Shown one piece after another: positions 13,343 through 25,420 of a DNA stretch of 64,000 bases (position 1 is the first letter of the stretch; the number at the start of each line of letters is the position of its first letter). The stretch is from Phyllobates terribilis (lineage: Eukaryota), in assembly GCF_046119375.1 (NCBI RefSeq), contig NW_027362763.1:152520001-152584000 (forward strand), in the 5' to 3' direction. The notes beneath the pieces were generated by a model. The model made no database searches, was not told the DNA's origin, and saw only the letters and a list, made by a program, of their open reading frames with translations. A program made the position numbers and the translations under genes.

Positions 13343-14313
13343 TAGTGATGAGCGAGCGTGCCCGTCAATGCTCAGTACTCGCCCAAGCATCTCACTGCTC
13401 GAGATACTCGGCGAGTATTCCCGAGATGCACGCACGGGAGCTCGGGTCCACGCCCTGCATGTTTGGCGCTCTTGGTTGTGGCATTACAGTGATTGGCTGG
13501 CCGCCTAGCGACATCTGGTCTATATAAGACCTAGTGACCCTATGCTCGTTCATCACAGTTTACCCTTCAGACAGGCAGAGTAGGGAGAGGTGATGCTGTG
13601 TGAGGAACAGAATTGGCTGCGTAATAGTTAGATATAGGTATTCTACAGCTAGTTACATATTCATCAGAACTAACAGTCCTTCTGAGGACTAATCCAGCTG
13701 CATATATAAACCCTGGTGATAGCAGGAGTAAGGCAGGCAGAGATTGTGGACACTATGCACCACAATAAGGTCCATTGCATGTTCTGTCTGCTGCTGCTAC
13801 TGCTGCCTGTTACAGATAGCCATTGGACTAGGGGTTTTTGTTTTTTTTTGCTCTTAACCCTGATTATTTTTGCAAAAAGTAAGTCCAACATTTTATGGCT
13901 CCATTTGCTTGTTAGCACTGCAGAATACACCCAGATCTTTTCATCAGATGTGATCCCATATTACTGCGGTACAAATCCAGCAATTTGTAGGGACCATGCA
14001 AAATATTATCCTCCTTTTACAGTTTGGCAGCAGTGTGTCGGTGACGCTATTGACAGGTGGTCGCTGCCAATAATAGTAAACTATAAGGCCGATATTTAAA
14101 AGAGTGGGCATCCATCAGATGTATCACATATTAATGCGCTACAAATCCAGCAGTTTGTAGGGACCATGCAAAATATTATCCTCCATTTAAAATGGGCAAG
14201 GCGCATGGCAAGGGTCAGGGAAGTGGATGTGATGGTGATGGTGCATGCAGAGGCTTAGGGCATGGGCAAGCTGAAATTGTGCCACAACAAGCATCCACAT
14301 CTTGTCGCCCGAC
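13343..14313 (+). mobile_element. Older hAT element, left end and start of transposase (unit A)
   Basis: Begins TAGTGATGAGCGAGCG with CTCGG/CCGAG-rich subterminal DNA. 14192-14313 is homologous to the transposase N-terminus at ~16930-17050 and resumes at 24206. Confidence 0.7.
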
Positions 14314-14940
14314 TGTAGTATAGAATTCATATAATCCATCAAACTCAATCTGACAGGTGCCCCGCCCCTATCTTAGTGTATCAAACTGTCTAACCCCTCC
14401 CCTTTTTGCAGAGCGTGACCCCGCCCCTATGCCCCAATGAAATTGATAGTGTTATATTAGTGTATCAATTAAAATTGATAGGGTGCATTATCAAATCATT
14501 TAATTTTGTTTCATTGATTTGATAATGTTACTATCAATTAATTGCCCGATTATTATTAACATGATGTTGTACTGCACAAAAAATTTGATTTGATAGTGGC
14601 ATATTATGTATGACACTATCAAATTTGGTGTGTTACTATCACGATTAATTGATCCATATTATACGGCGATGTGATTCGCAATATTATATGGCAGTATGAT
14701 TCTCGAATTTTACATTCAAATGAAATTGGTCGGGCATATTATATATATGGCCGAGTTATAGCTACTCCCAAGTATTAAAAGTATGCACTTTATACAGTTT
14801 GTGAAAAAAATTAAAGAAGCTTTATAAGTTTTAATGATTTCATTAAAAAAATAGAATGTATCAGACACATCACATTTCAGCCAAATTACAGTGGGATATA
14901 AGGCTTTACAATAACATGAGGTAGCAAGTGTTCATAATAT
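14314..14940. repeat. Left arm of a long inverted repeat (foldback-like element)
   Basis: Reverse complement of 23577-24205 along the full length; AT-rich with repeated TGATAG/CTATCA motifs. Confidence 0.9.
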
Positions 14941-15588
14941 ATATATATAAAAACTAGTGTTGAGCGAGCATGCTCGACACTGCTCGGTACTCGCCTGAGC
15001 ATCTCACTACTCGGGATGTTCGGCGAGCACCGAGCATTTTCGGGTTACTCGGGCGGGAGCTCGGGTCTCCGCCCTGCATGTTTGGTGCTCTTTACCGAGC
15101 TAATGAACATGCAGGGATTGCCAGCCAGTCACTGTAATGCCGCAGCCATGTTGTTTGTGGGCATTACAGTGATTGGCTGGCCGCACAGCATCACATTGAG
15201 TATTTAAAACCGGGCGCCGCCATCTTGTACACAGTCGCTCCGGATCAGACAGTGTAGGGAGAGTGCTGCTGAGCTAGGGAGAGATTTATACTGCGAAATA
15301 GGTAGAGGAGGGTCTCTAAAGCCTGGAAAATCAAACAAACAGTCCTTCTGAGGACTAATATCTATCCCAGATATCAGGCAGGCAGGCAGGCTGTATAGGA
15401 GATGCAGTGGTTATACCAACAAACACTGCATTACAGTCCTGTGTGCTGCTGCTGCTCAAATTGCTAGACTTAGCCCCAGGTCTCAGGGGCAGGGCCGGCT
15501 CCAGGTTTTTGTGGGCCCTGGGCGAAAGAGTCTCAGTGGGCCCCCTTAATACATACCAGGATTCACGATGCACAGATACCGCAGAGAA

Positions 15589-15593
15589 ATATA

Positions 15594-15668
<75 letters not shown>
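15589..15668. repeat. (TA)n microsatellite, unit A (shorter at 50143-50192 in unit B)
   Basis: Near-pure TA run with one CA interruption; source of the poly-IY ORFs. Confidence 0.95.
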
Positions 15669-15673
<5 letters not shown>

Positions 15674-15984
15674 AATGCAAATATTTCACTTCTTACATTA
15701 CATGACCGATATCTATTGTAAATTCCACAATAGCTCAGAAACTGGCGAATCGCTCCACACAGTATACTGGCCCCCATATAACGGTCCATACAGAACACTG
15801 GCCCCCATAAAATGCTCCGTACAGGATACTGGCCCCCATATAACGCTCTATACAGAATACTGGCCCCCATATAACACTCCATACAGAATCCTGGTCCCCA
15901 TATAGTGCTCCATGCAGGCTGCTCCCCCAACATAATGCCCCATGCAGGCTGTTCCCCCCTATAATGCCCCTTGCAGTATGTCAC

Positions 15985-16685
15985 CCCTCCTCTTTATAAT
16001 GCCCCATGCAGAATGTCACCCCTCCTCTTTATAATGCCCCATGCAGGATGTCACCCCCCTCTTTATAATGCCCCATGCAGGATGTCACCCCTCCTCTTTA
16101 TAATGCCCTATGCAGGATGTCCCCCCCCTCTTTATAATGCCCCATGCAGGATGTCACCCCCCTCTTTATAATGCCCCATGCAGGAGGTTACCCCTCTTCT
16201 TTATAATACCCCATTCAGGATGTCACGCCCCCTCTTATAATGCCCCATGCAGGATGTCACCCCTCCTCTTTATAATGCCCCATGCAGGATGTCAGCCCCC
16301 TTCTTTATAATGCCCCATGCAGGATGTCACCCCCCTCTTTATAATGCCCCATGCAGGTTGTCACCCCTCCTCTTTATAATGCCCCATGCAGGTTGTCACT
16401 GTCCCCTCTTTATAATGCCCCATGCAAGATGTCACCCCTCCTCTTTATAATGCCCCACGCAGGATGTCACCCCCCCTCTTTATAATGCCCCATGCAGGAT
16501 GTCTCCCCCTCCACTTTATAATGCCCCATGCAGGATGTCACCCCCCTCTTTATAATGCCCCATGCAGGATGTCACCCCTCCTCTTTATAATGCACCATGC
16601 AGGATGTCACCCCCCCAAATAATGCCCCATGCAGGATGTCACCCCCTCTCTTTATAATGCCCCATGCAGGATGTCACCCCCCATT
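15985..16685. repeat. 33-35-bp minisatellite (TTTATAATGCCCCATGCAGGATGTCACCCCCCTC), ~20 units
   Basis: Direct tandem repeats giving FIMPHAGCHPP/LYNAPCRMSP pseudo-ORFs. Confidence 0.95.
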
Positions 16686-16929
16686 AGAAGTGTGGTTTTC
16701 CTTTTTGACGGTTCGAATCTGGGTGTAATCCACCTTTTTGCTTTTTTTTCATAAAAACTACAGTTTGAGTGTCTCGCTGACTGTTCAGATACAAATATGT
16801 CTGTTTAAAAGATTCTGGTGTAGGCCAGAGAAATAGAACTGTGGTTTTCCTCTTCCACGGTTCAAATCTCCTTTTTATTACCCTTTTGCAATTGATAGTG
16901 CGAGTGTAAGCTATTTTACTTAATTTGCA

Positions 16930-19900
16930 GTGTGCAAGGCGCGTGGCAAGGGACGTGGAACTGGACGTTCTGGTGATGGTGCGTGCAGAGAACGGGGCCG
17001 TGGCCAAGGTGAAAATGTGCCACAACCAACAGCCACATCTTCTCGCTCCCAGTTCTTGACCGAATTACTAGGGAAGCACACAACAACACCACTATTGCAA
17101 ACTGATCAGTGTGAACAGGTTATTAATTGGACAGCAGATAATACTTCCAGTCACCTGGGCACCACCACAACCGGTCTGTCTTCCACACGGTCAAGTCTTA
17201 GTAGCCGTGAGTCTCGACCGCATACTCCTCCTCACCCTGATGCTCCTTCCTCCCACACTGCCGAGTGTCGTCAGACAGCAACCGATTCCACAGTTGGACA
17301 CTCTGAAGAGCTGTTCACTGGTCCATTTCCATATTTGGGCCCCTCGCCTGCTCCGCTTGAAGTGGTGGAAGAGGAGAACTCATGTAGTAATGGCCAAATA
17401 TTTGAACAGTCACGGCCACAGGAAGGCGATGCTGGCAATTTGTTGCAAGAGGTGGACGATGACGAGACACAATTGCCACGAAGTTAGGAGGAGGACCGTG
17501 GTGCGGAAGTGGAAGAGGTGGAGGTGGTGGATGATCTAGTAACTGAACCAACGTGGCAGGAGGACACGCAGAGCGAGGCCAGCAGCAAACAGGGGGAGGG
17601 AGGCAGAGTACCCCAACAGGCAGGAAGAAGCAGTGTGTTGGCCTCAGACAGAAGGCGGGCAACCGTTCCCCGTAACACCAACACGAGGGACGTTGCCAGT
17701 ACAACCGGTAGGTCTTCAAGAGTCTCGAATTTTTTTAAAGACTCTGCTGATAACCCCAAAAAGGCCATTGGTACCACCTGCCAGGCCTGCATCAGCAGGG
17801 GTGACAAAACTACCAGCCTGACCACCACCAGCATGATCAGGCACATGAAAACAAAGCACCCGACTTTGTGGGGCGAACCCCAGGGTCCATCACCAGTGTC
17901 AGCGGGTGTCACCACTGCTACTTCCGCTGTTGTGCGTGTAAGAGAACCTCCTGTTGTGCGTGCAAGGCATTCCCCTGTCCATACTGCATGCAAAGATGCC
18001 CCCTCATCTCAGTCTTCACTTGTTATGGCAGTTTCTCAAGAAACAGCATCAACGTCCATGTCCACGTCCCACCGCAGCGTTCAATTGTCCATATCCCAGA
18101 CCTTTGAACGAAAGCGCAAATTCGCAGCCAACGCCCCACAGGCCACAGTCCTAAATTCTCACATTTCACGACTGCTTGCGTTGGAAATGGTGCCTTTTAG
18201 GCTGGTGGAGACGGAATCCTTCCACAACCTTATGGTGGTGGCCGTCCCTCGGTACTTTGTCCCCAGCCGATACTATTTTGCCTGGTGTGCCATCTCCGTA
18301 CTACAAAAGCACGTGTCCCAAAACATCTGCCGCGCCCTCAACAACACAGTAACTGGGAGAGTCCACCTGACAACGGACACGTGGACAAGTGCTTGTGGCC
18401 AGGGACGGTACATCTCCCTGACGGCACACTGGGTAAACATAGTGGAAGCCAGGACCCAGTCGGACCTTGGGACTGAACACATCCTCCACACACCAAGGAT
18501 TGCGGGCCCTATGTCAGTCAGAGTTGTCCCCACAGTGTACAGCTCTTGCGCATCATTCTCCTCCTCCTCCCCATGTTCAGCCTCCATCTCAGATATCACC
18601 ACATCAGTTACAAGCTGGAAGCACTGCAGTACTGCCTCAGCCAAGCGGCAACAAGCTGTGCTGAAACTCATAAGCTTAGGTGGTAAACCTCACACTGCTT
18701 GTGAGTTGTAGACAGCTGTGAAAGAGCAGGCAGATCTGTGGCTGAGACCGCTGAACCTACATCCAGGCATGGTCGTGTGTGACAATGCCCGTAACCTGGT
18801 GGCGGCTCTGAGGTGAGGTGAGATCACACACGTACCATGCCTGGCTCATGTGCTTAACCTCGTGGTTCAGCGGTTTCTTAAATCGTACCCCGAGTTGCCA
18901 GGTCTGCTCGTCAAAGTACACCGCCTGTCAGCTCATTTTCGCAAGTCGGCTACAGCTTCCGCCGCCCTTGCTGTGTTGCAGTAGCGTTTGCAGCTTCCGG
19001 CACACCGACTGGTGTGTGATGTCCCCACAAGTTGGAACTCTACCCTCCACATGTTGCAAAGGATTTGTGAGCAGAAGATAGCAGTTGTGGAGTACCAGCA
19101 TCAAAAAGGCCATCGGTATTCAGATCAGACTCCACACATAAGACCTCTGGAGTGGACCTGGATGTCTGACATATGTTCCATCCTGACAAACTTTGAGGCA
19201 TCCACCAAGATGTTAAGTGGCGATGACGTCATCATTAGCATCAGCATCCCACTTGTCTGTCTTTTGCAACGCTATCTGTAGAGAATTAAAGAGGAGGCAT
19301 TGCAGCCAGAGTATGATGAGATGGATCAAGAAGCCGAAGCGGTCGATTACACACAGCCCAGCCTCATCTCATCCCAACGTGCATTGGGGGACAATGAGGG
19401 AGAGGAGGAGGAGGAGGAGGAGGAAGAACAGGAGCTTGTATCATGCGCTGTAGACGGTAGTACCTGTACAACTGTCATACCGTCGTTTCAGCGTGGGTGG
19501 CCTGAGGATAGGGGGGGGGGGAGGAGGAGGAGAGCATGGTCAGTCGTCATCTTGGTGAGGACATGGAAGTCTTGCCCGTTACCAGTCTGGCACGCTTGGC
19601 TGACTTTATGTTACTCTGCCTTAACCGTGACCGTCGCGTTGTCAAAATGTTGGGTGACAGTCATTACTGGTTGGTGACACTTTTAGACCCCCGCTACTAG
19701 GAGAACTTTAACTCTCTTATTCCTGAGGTTGAGAGGTCTACAAAAATGGGGCCGTAACAGAAGGCCCTTGCTGCAGAACTGTTAAAAAAATTCCCATCTG
19801 AACACGCTAGTGGCAGAGGTCACAGTTTGTTTCCCAACCAAGGCGTACATGCAAGAGAGACGCAACTCCAATACAGCAGAGGCAGGGGAACACTGTCAAC

Positions 19901-20288
19901 GTTCTGGGACAGTTTTCTCAGACCCTCCCTTCGGACAGACCCTGAGGTGCTGGGTACTCTCACAAGGAGTGGAAAGTTTCAAAAGATGGTGAATGAGTAC
20001 CTTGCCTACCGTACCAGCGTCCTCCGTGATTCCTCTGTGCCTTTTAATTATTGGGTATCCAAGCTGGACACATGGAATGAACTCGCTCTGTATGCCTTGG
20101 AGGTCCTGGCCTGCCCTGCCGCTAGCGTGTTATTGGAGCGTGTTTTTAGTGCCGCTGGGGGAATTATAACTGATAAGCGCACTCGCCTGTCAACTGACAA
20201 TGCTGACAAGCTGACCCTTATCAAAATGAACAAGGGCTGGATTGGGCCAGACTTCTCATCACCACCAAATGACAGCAGAGTAACATAA
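16930..20288 (+). pseudogene. hAT transposase pseudogene (BED finger, DDE, hATC dimerisation domain), unit A
   Basis: FFKDSADNPKKAIGTTCQAC...MIRHMKTKH (BED); LTTDTWTS; VCDNARN; YWVSKLDTWNELALYALEVLACPAASVLLERVFSAAGG (hATC). Multiple in-frame stops (17485, 18709, 18814, 19279, 19698) and a frameshift. Confidence 0.9.
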
Positions 20289-20579
20289 AGTCAAATCCAC
20301 TGTGTTATTTTGGGAGGTGTATTCACATGCACCGCTTCACACCCACACATGGGAATATATGCTTCCTCATTTCGGCTGTTTTATGTTCTTCTCCTTATCA
20401 TCAGCCTCCACCACCACTATACCACCAGGGTGACCGTGGTCCGTGTTGCCATTCTTGAAAGTTCATCCGTCCTTATTTTTGTCAGCTTTTGCTTGGAAGG
20501 TATAAGCAAAGACTGTGGGAGACCCACTCCCCAATAATGGGAATAATATTTTTAAGATGCTGTACTGTATGGCTCTTGT

Positions 20580-21210
20580 AAGGGGCATTAAAACCGTCTT
20601 GTTAAGCTATTGCAACTTCCACCAATTTTCCAAGGGGCATTAAAACCATCTTGTTAAGCTACTCTGACCTCCACGTCTCTTCCGAGGTGCATTACAAGCG
20701 TCTTGTTAAGCTACTGGGACCTCCACGTCTCTTCCAAGAGGCATTAAGACCGTTTTGCTAAGCTACTGTGACCTACACCACTTTTCCAAGGGGCATTAAA
20801 ACCGTCTTGTTAAGCTACTGCGACCTCCACGTCTCTTCCGAGGGGCATTAAAACTGCCTTCTTAAGCTACTGGGATCTCCACGTCTCTTCCTAAGGGCAT
20901 TAAAAGCGTCTTGTTAAACCACTCTTAACTCCACAGCTCTTTGTCAGCTTTTGATTGGAAGGTATAAGCAAGGACTGTGGGAGACCGACTCCCCAATAAT
21001 GGGAATAGTGTTTTTAAGATGCTGTACTGTATGGCTCTTGTAAAGGGCATTAAAGCCATCTTGTTAAGCTACTGCGACCTCCACCACTTTTCCAAGGGTC
21101 ATTCAAACCGTCTTGTTAAGCTACTGTGACCTCCACCACTTTTCCACGGGGCATTAAAACCATCTTGTTAAGCTACTGCGACCTCCACAACTCTTCCAAC
21201 GGGCATTGCA
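20580..21210. repeat. 52-bp tandem repeat in the hAT 3' region (AAGGGGCATTAAAACCGTCTTGTTAAGCTACTGCGACCTCCACCACTTTTCC)
   Basis: About ten degenerate units interspersed with a ~120-bp repeat; paralog 54975-55770. Confidence 0.85.
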
Positions 21211-21749
21211 TTTCCTCCTAATTTTAGTCAGCTTTTGCTTTTCAATGCATAGGCGAACACTAAGGGAGACCCACTACCCAATAATGGGTAGAAGGTTTTT
21301 AGTACGCTGTAATCCACATCTGTTTCAAGCGGCATTGCAGTTCCTCATAATTTTTGGAAAGCCTTCCATTCACTGCTTAGGCCAACAGTGCACAGGAGAC
21401 CCAGTTGCTATAAATGGAAAAAATGGTTTAGTTAAGGCCCTCTGACCTCCATGTCACTTCCAAGGGGCATTGGAGTGCCTCTAAATTTTTGGTAGGCATT
21501 GCACTCACTGTATGCCCTATAACTGTGTAGCCGAACCGCTCCTTTTGGTACAGAAACATATCCTACAAGACATGTGTGGTTGACTGGCCTGATATTGATG
21601 TGAATGGTCCCTGTTCCTCCTGCTCTTTCTCCTTTGCCACCACCTCATTCATCATTTATCACCTGAAGCTTTGTTTTTACGGGAGTCATAGAACTGGGAT
21701 AGTAGCAGGAAAACATCCAGCAATCCTCGGAGGAGGTAGGATATGCGCT

Positions 21750-22620
21750 AAAACGCTGACCACCTCAGGCCTAGCCGCTACTACATACATGCGCTTGCAT
21801 TCCAAGAAAACAAAGCAGATGCTAACTTCTATCATCATCATCATGTTCCTCACCTTGGCACTCTCAACTCCCCTGATGGAGAATCCAGGGCCCACAAGAG
21901 GAGTCTGGTTCTCTGGTGGGCTCGTCCAATGCTGCCCTAAAGCAGGCCAGGCTTAGAAAAGTGTGTGGGAAGGTGACAGAAGAAATAGGGGCGGCTGGGT
22001 ACCGTTTATCGACACCCGGCCGCCGGGCGGCTGGGGACTGAGTATGGATACCAGGCCGCCGAAGCAGCCATGAGGTAGTGGCCAGCTTCGGCCTCCTCCA
22101 AACTAAAAGGCCCCATTTCAAGTGCCAACTAGCAGTATGGCATTGCAGCCTGGGGGTGGGTGGGTGGCAAGCTACACACTTACGCTTGCATTAAAAGAAA
22201 ACAAAGCAGATGCTAACTTCTATCATCATCATCATGCTCCTCACCTTGGCACTCTCAACTCCCCTGATGGAGAAGCCAGGGCCCACCGGAGGAGTCTGAT
22301 TCTCTGGTGGGCTCGTCCAATGCTGCCCTAAAGCAGGACAGGCTAAGAAAAGTGTGGGGGAAGGTGACAGGAGAAATAGCGGCGGCTGGGGACCGGGCGT
22401 GGACACCCGGCCGCGGGGCAGATGGGGACAGAGTATGGACACCAGGCCGCCCCCTGGCGGCTGGGGACCGATTATGGACACCCGGCCGCCGGGCGGCTGG
22501 GGACTGAGTATGGATACCTCGCTGCCGAAGCAGCAATGAGGTAGTGGCCAGCTTCGGCTTCCTCCAAACTAAAATACCCCATTTCAAGTGAAAACTAGCA
22601 GTATGGTATTGCAGCCTGCG
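21750..22620. repeat. Internal duplication with GC-rich ~30-bp repeats (GGACACCCGGCCGCC...GGCGGCTGGGGAC) in the hAT 3' region; paralog ~56330-57200
   Basis: Two copies of the CTAACTTCTATCATCATCATCAT...AGAAATAG block, each followed by a variable number of GC-rich units. Confidence 0.8.
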
Positions 22621-23319
22621 GGTGGGTGGGTGGTTGGCTGCATATTTGCACTTGCATTGCAAGGAATGGGGGAGGTACAATTGAACACTGCCCTGGGACA
22701 AGGACTTGCACGGGGATAGTTACAAGTCTGCATCTTCTGATGCGGCAAGGATGACTTCTGATGGGCACACTTTTAGGCAGTGACCTGGGAGTCAGAGATG
22801 CTCCCAGGGGTCTTCCCCATGCTGTTTCCATGTCTTTTCAGCACTGTATGCATGTGTCACACAGCACATGGCCAGATAAGGTTGTAAAATGTTAAAATTA
22901 CATTTCCCAGTGAATGCATTTGTCACGGTTGAAACCAATACAAAAGTGCAAAAACACAAGAAAAATGCTACTTGTGAACATAGTTCAAGGTGTGGAATAG
23001 TATTTTTGTTTTTGGTTATTTATTTTACCTTATACACAAGTCTTTACCCTGGAAAGAAAGTTCCTGAACATATTTCACAGGAAAACCGTTTCAGTTTCGT
23101 TTTTGAACGTTTTATTGTGAGCCCGTAAAAGTGGCTTAATACCTCTGACCACGTTGTTGACAGCAGTGACCTGGGGGTCAGAAATGCTCCCTGGGGCAAT
23201 CCCCATGTCATTTTAACACTGTCACTATGGTGTGGGCACTTTTTAGGCTTTCTACAGACTGAAGGGGGTGCCGCCGCAAAAATGCTCGGGTCTCCCATAG
23301 ACTAACATTAGGCTCGTTG

Positions 23320-23576
23320 AAACCATTTCCGGTGACTACCTCTTGAAGCTCATCAAGAGAATGCCAAGAGTGTGCAAAGCAGTCATCAAAGCAAAAGGTG
23401 GCTACTTTAAAGAACCTAGAATATATGACATAGTTTCACACTTTGTTGTTAAGTATATAATTCCACATGTGTTAATTCATAGTTTTGATGCCTTCAGTGT
23501 GAATGTACAGTTTTAAAGTCATGAAAAGACAGAAAAATCTTTAAATGAGGTGTGTCCAAACTTTTGGTCTGTACTG
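23320..23576 (+). mobile_element. Tc1-like transposon 3' end, unit A (58400-58687 in unit B)
   Basis: Transposase C-terminal coding remnant, then GGTGTGTCCAAACTTTTGGTCTGTACTG|TA: a Tc1-type terminal repeat followed by a TA target. Confidence 0.8.
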
Positions 23577-24205
23577 TATATTATGAACACTTGCTACCTC
23601 ATGTTATTGTAATGCCTTATATTCCTCTGTAATTTGGCTGAAATGTAATGTGTCTGATACATTCTATTTGTTTAATATAATTATTAAAACTTATAAAGCG
23701 TCTTTCATTTTTTTCACAAACTGTATAAAGTGCATACTTTTAATACTTGGAAGTAGTTATAACTCGGCCATATATATAATATGCCCGACCAATTTCATTT
23801 GAATGTAAAATTGGAGAATCACACTGCCATATCATATTGTGAATCACATCACCGTATAATATGGATCAATTAATTGTGATAGTAACACACCAAATTTGAT
23901 AGTGTCATACATAATATGTCACTATCAAATCAAATTTATTGTGCAGTACAACAACATGTTAATAATAATCGGGCAATTCGTTGATAGTAACATTATCAAA
24001 TCAATGAATCAAAATTAAATGATTTGATAATGCACCCTATCAATTTTAATTGATACACTAATATAACACTATGAATTTCATTAGGGCATAGGGACGGGGT
24101 CGCGCTCTGCAAAAAAGGGGAGGGATTAGACAGTTTGATACACTTTGATAGGGGCGGGGCACCTGTCAGATTTAGTTTGATGGATTATATGAATTCTATA
24201 CTACT
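23577..24205. repeat. Right arm of the foldback-like element, unit A
   Basis: Inverted copy of 14314-14940; followed by CCTGAC versus CCCGAC before the left arm. Confidence 0.9.
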
Positions 24206-25420
24206 CCTGACATTCCTGTCCCAATAACTAGGGGACCACAGCACACCACTATTGATCCCAGATAAGTGTTAAAAGGTTGTTGGTTGGATAGTCAATAATG
24301 CTTCCAGTCAATTTGCCACCACCACCCTTTCTTCCACACGGTCAAATATCAGTAGCCGTGAGTCTGGGCCGCATATTCCTCACCCTGATCCGTCTTCCTC
24401 CCACCGTGCCTGGAGACAACTGATCCCACACTTTGATACTGCGAAGAGCTGTTCACTTTTCCGCTTCAAGCGGGGCAGGAGGAGATCGCATGTAGCGATG
24501 CTCAAATATTTGAGCAGCCACGGTCACACAAATGCATCGGTGGGAAAGTGCAATTACTGTCACAAGAGGTGGATGATGATGAGACACAATTGCCAGAAAG
24601 TCAAGAGGAGGACCAGGGTGCGGTAGTGGAAGACGAGGTGGTGAGCGATGAAGTCTCTGACCCAACCAGGCAAGGTGACATGCAGAGCGAGGAGAGCAGC
24701 ACACAGGGGGAGGGAGGCATAGCACCACAACAGGCAGGAACAAGCTATGTGGTGGCCACAGACACAAGGCAGGCAACCGTTCCCCGAAACACCAACACGA
24801 AGGAAGTTGCCAGTACAACTGTTAGGTCTTTCCGAGTCTGGTTGTTTTTTAATAGACTGTTTAGATACCCCAAAAAGGCCATTTGCAACATCTGCCAGGC
24901 CAGTATCAGCAGGGTTAGCAAAACTAGCAGCCTGACCACCACCAGCATGCTCAGGCACATGACAGCAAAGCAACCGACTAGGTGGGCAAAATCCCAGAGT
25001 CAAGAAATAGTGTCTGCGGGTGACATCACTTCTTGTTCCTCTGTTGTGTGTGCAAGCCAATCCCCTGTCCATTGCGAATGCGAAGATGCTGCCCACCCTG
25101 CACCTGTCATTGCACACTCGCAACTAGCACCATCAGCAATCACGTCGCAGCGCAGCGTTCAGTTGTCCCTACCCCAGTCCTTGGAATGCGAGCGCAAATA
25201 TGCAACCAACGCCCCACTGGCCACACCACTAAACTCTCACATTTTGTGAATGCTTTCTCTCAAAATGTTGCCTTTTAGGCTCATGGAGATGGAAGCTTTC
25301 TGGCAGCGGCCGTCCCTCTGTACTTCGTCCCCAGCCACCACTATTTCTCCTGGTGTGCCATCCCTGCATTACACAAGCACATGTCCCAGAACATTAGCCG
25401 TGCCCTCAACAACGCAGTTA
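24206..25420 (+). pseudogene. Older hAT transposase fragment, unit A (59316-60551 plus 61790-61820 in unit B)
   Basis: VWLFFNRLFRYPKKAICNICQAS...MLRHMTAKQP BED finger; paralogous to but distinct from the younger hAT. Truncated before the catalytic core. Confidence 0.8.

Larger units (their letters stand above)
15490..16685. mobile_element. Truncated non-autonomous DNA-transposon fragment (CAGGGCCGGC-type end) nested in the younger hAT; paralog ~50044-51048
   Basis: Begins CAGGGCCGGCTCCAGG; carries a (TA)n tract and a 33-35-bp minisatellite. No matching right end seen. Confidence 0.5.
14955..23319 (+). mobile_element. Younger hAT (Ac/ZBED-like) DNA transposon, unit A; left TIR intact, right TIR deleted
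   Basis: Starts TAGTGTTGAGCGAGC and contains a broken transposase. The right end stops at GGCTCGTTG (23319), whereas the B copy continues to GCTCAACACTA (58399). Confidence 0.85.

Noticed and set aside
15355-16622. ORFs with poly-IY and FIMPHAGCHPP repeats
   Set aside because: Translations of a (TA)n microsatellite and a 34-bp minisatellite.
16930-20288. Possible domesticated ZBED-type host gene
   Set aside because: Multiple in-frame stops, a frameshift, damaged BED cysteines and retained transposon ends indicate a dead transposase.
20580-21210. Regularly spaced 52-bp units that could be mistaken for a CRISPR array
   Set aside because: Units are degenerate tandem copies with no unique spacers; there are no cas genes and the context is an intron-containing eukaryotic genome.
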